Shown here: positions 62,628-64,000 of the stretch, in pieces
Position numbering within the stretch: the first letter of the stretch is position 1
Layout: each line of letters starts with the position of its first letter
Position numbers and translations under genes: made by a program
Assembly (NCBI GenBank): GCA_963747235.1
Contig: CAVVEU010000004.1
Span: forward strand, 64,001 to 128,000
Source of the DNA: an uncultured Candidatus Rokubacteria bacterium
GTDB taxonomy: Bacteria > Methylomirabilota > Methylomirabilia > Rokubacteriales > CSP1-6
DNA: 64,000 nucleotides
Reading direction: 5' to 3'
The notes under the pieces: generated by a model
Database searches by the model: none
What the model saw: only the letters and a program-made list of their open reading frames with translations
What the model was told of the DNA's origin: nothing

Positions 62628-62839
62628 CGCGTGCCTCCCTTTCTTCCCGCCGCGTCCGTCTTGGCGCAGTCGGGACACACCTCGAGTTCGGCATCGTAGG
62701 CGATGCCGTGTATCGGACAGCGCGCCACCGGGAGCGGATCGGAGCGACGGCCGCCCAGCAGGAGGAGCCCCAGTCCGAGGCCGCCCATGGCGAGGACCAC
62801 CGCCGCCGCGATCCGTCCCGATGCCGCGTACGCGTTCAT
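62624..62839 (-). CDS. Small membrane-anchored zinc-ribbon protein
   Basis: TM helix, then CPIH...CPDC. Confidence 0.65.
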   Translation of the reverse strand: MNAYAASGRIAAAVVLAMGGLGLGLLLLGGRRSDPLPVARCPIHGIAYDAELEVCPDCAKTDAAGRKGGTR

Positions 62840-62840
62840 G

Positions 62841-62993
62841 TCAGAGCCGACCCGTCAGCATGAGGATGATGAGGATCAAGAGCACGAGCCCGACGCCCCC
62901 GCTCGGGTAAGGGCCCCAGCCCGAGCTGTAGCCCCACGTCGGCAAGCTCCCGACCAGGATGAGTACCAGGATGATGATCAGGATCAGTGACAC
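62841..62993 (-). CDS. DUF3309 family membrane protein
   Basis: LPTWGYSSGWGPYPSGG. Confidence 0.9.
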   Translation of the reverse strand: MSLILIIILVLILVGSLPTWGYSSGWGPYPSGGVGLVLLILIILMLTGRL

Positions 62994-63091
62994 CGCGCGT
63001 CCTCCTCTTCTCGTCGATTCCGTGGCGTGTTCTCTTGTTGCCCGGCGGGCGACGGGGATCATTCCCCGCCGCCCGCCCTCGAGGCGACGAC

Positions 63092-63237
63092 CTAGCGGCT
63101 GCGCTCGCCCTGACCGCCACCCGGCTGCGGGTTGCGGCCCGGTTCCTGCTGCTGCTGGCCCTGACGGTCCTTGTCCCGATCGTGACCGGGCTGGCCGGCG
63201 GCTGGCCCTGCTGTCCCTGCTTCTCCGTCGTGCCCAT
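63092..63237 (-). CDS. Small Gln/Gly-rich hydrophilic protein; frameshifted
   Basis: AAAGGAG RBS, MGTTEKQGQQGQ...GQQQQEPG. Confidence 0.5.
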
Positions 63238-63293
63238 GTCGTCGTGCTCCTTTCTGTTTTCCGACGCGCTCGCGCCGGATCTTCCCGGCCGCG

Positions 63294-63485
63294 TCAGCGG
63301 GCCCGGGATGTCCGCCGTCGTCGCGGAATGCGGGCTCCCGCTTCGCGAGCCTCGCTCAGCGCGATGGCGACGGCCTGCTTGCGCTTGCGAACTTTCCCTC
63401 CCGAGGACGAGCGGAGCGTGCCCCGCTTGTACTCGCCCATCACCTTCTTGACCTTGCGGCTGCCCTTGCCTCTCGGCTTGGCCAT
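63294..63485 (-). CDS. DUF6496 family small basic protein
   Basis: KVMGEYKRGTLRSSSG.KV..RKQAVAIALSEAR. Confidence 0.85.
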   Translation of the reverse strand: MAKPRGKGSRKVKKVMGEYKRGTLRSSSGGKVRKRKQAVAIALSEAREAGARIPRRRRTSRAR

Positions 63486-63523
63486 GTCGGTTGCTCCGTG
63501 CCGCGGTCTCTGAGGAGCTTTGC

Positions 63524-64000
63524 TTACTTGCCGGCCTGGCGAACCGTCAGCTCGTTCTTGACCCACTTCACGCCGGCCGTGTTGCGGGCCACTTCGGAGG
63601 CCTTGGCCGCCACCATGATGCTCGGCACCTCTCCGGTCAGCGTCGCCACGCCCGCGTCGATGCGCACGTCCACCTTCTTGAGCTGGGCGTCGCGGGAGAA
63701 GCGGTTCTCCACCGCCTTGGTGATGTCCTCGTCCTTGGCGTCCACCATCTTGCGGCTGCCCGGGGCCACGACCTGGAGGTCGTTCTTCACCGACTGCGCG
63801 CCCTCGATGCCCTTGGCGATCTCGCCGGCCGCCGACTTGGCCTCGGCGGAGTCGACCTTGCCGCGCAGATGCACGACGCCGCCCTTCATGGTATCGACGC
63901 TGATCTGCGTGCCCTTCACGCGCTCGTCCGCGTAGAGGGCGATCTTGGTCTTGGAGGTGATCCAGGTGTCGCTGACCGCGGTCTTCGCGTCCTGGGTCAT
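63524..64000 (-). CDS. BON-domain protein (OsmY-like; 5' end off window)
   Basis: DTWITSKTK, V.L.G.V, GV..VKN.L.V, present twice. Confidence 0.9.
   Translation of the reverse strand: MTQDAKTAVSDTWITSKTKIALYADERVKGTQISVDTMKGGVVHLRGKVDSAEAKSAAGEIAKGIEGAQSVKNDLQVVAPGSRKMVDAKDEDITKAVENRFSRDAQLKKVDVRIDAGVATLTGEVPSIMVAAKASEVARNTAGVKWVKNELTVRQAGK

Noticed and set aside
956-63237. Dozens of frameshifts suggesting mass pseudogenisation or programmed frameshifting
   Set aside because: They are single-base indels scattered through unrelated genes, including upp, with otherwise intact motifs. This pattern fits uncorrected long-read error.

Overview
GC-rich (roughly 70% by eye), gene-dense bacterial chromosomal segment with no rRNA, tRNA, CRISPR or transposase. 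It is dominated by heterotrophic scavenging functions: peptide, branched-chain and sugar ABC systems, a TRAP receptor, four luciferase-like monooxygenases, SDRs and hydrolases. A general-stress-type cluster of small genes lies at the right end. The gene content and palindromic repeats resemble Candidatus Rokubacteria (inference only). Many genes carry single-base frameshifts that look like long-read errors, so several CDS were reassembled by eye and their ends are approximate. The most notable signal is a predicted selenoprotein missed by the ORF track (25133-25881, minus strand): a glutaredoxin domain with a U-S-S-C motif (in-frame TGA plus a well-placed bacterial SECIS hairpin) fused to a DinB-type His-triad domain. 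Other signals are a recurrent leaderless-promoter signature, four sigma-54 promoters in front of small genes, three kinds of palindromic or inverted-repeat elements, and several unannotated small proteins.
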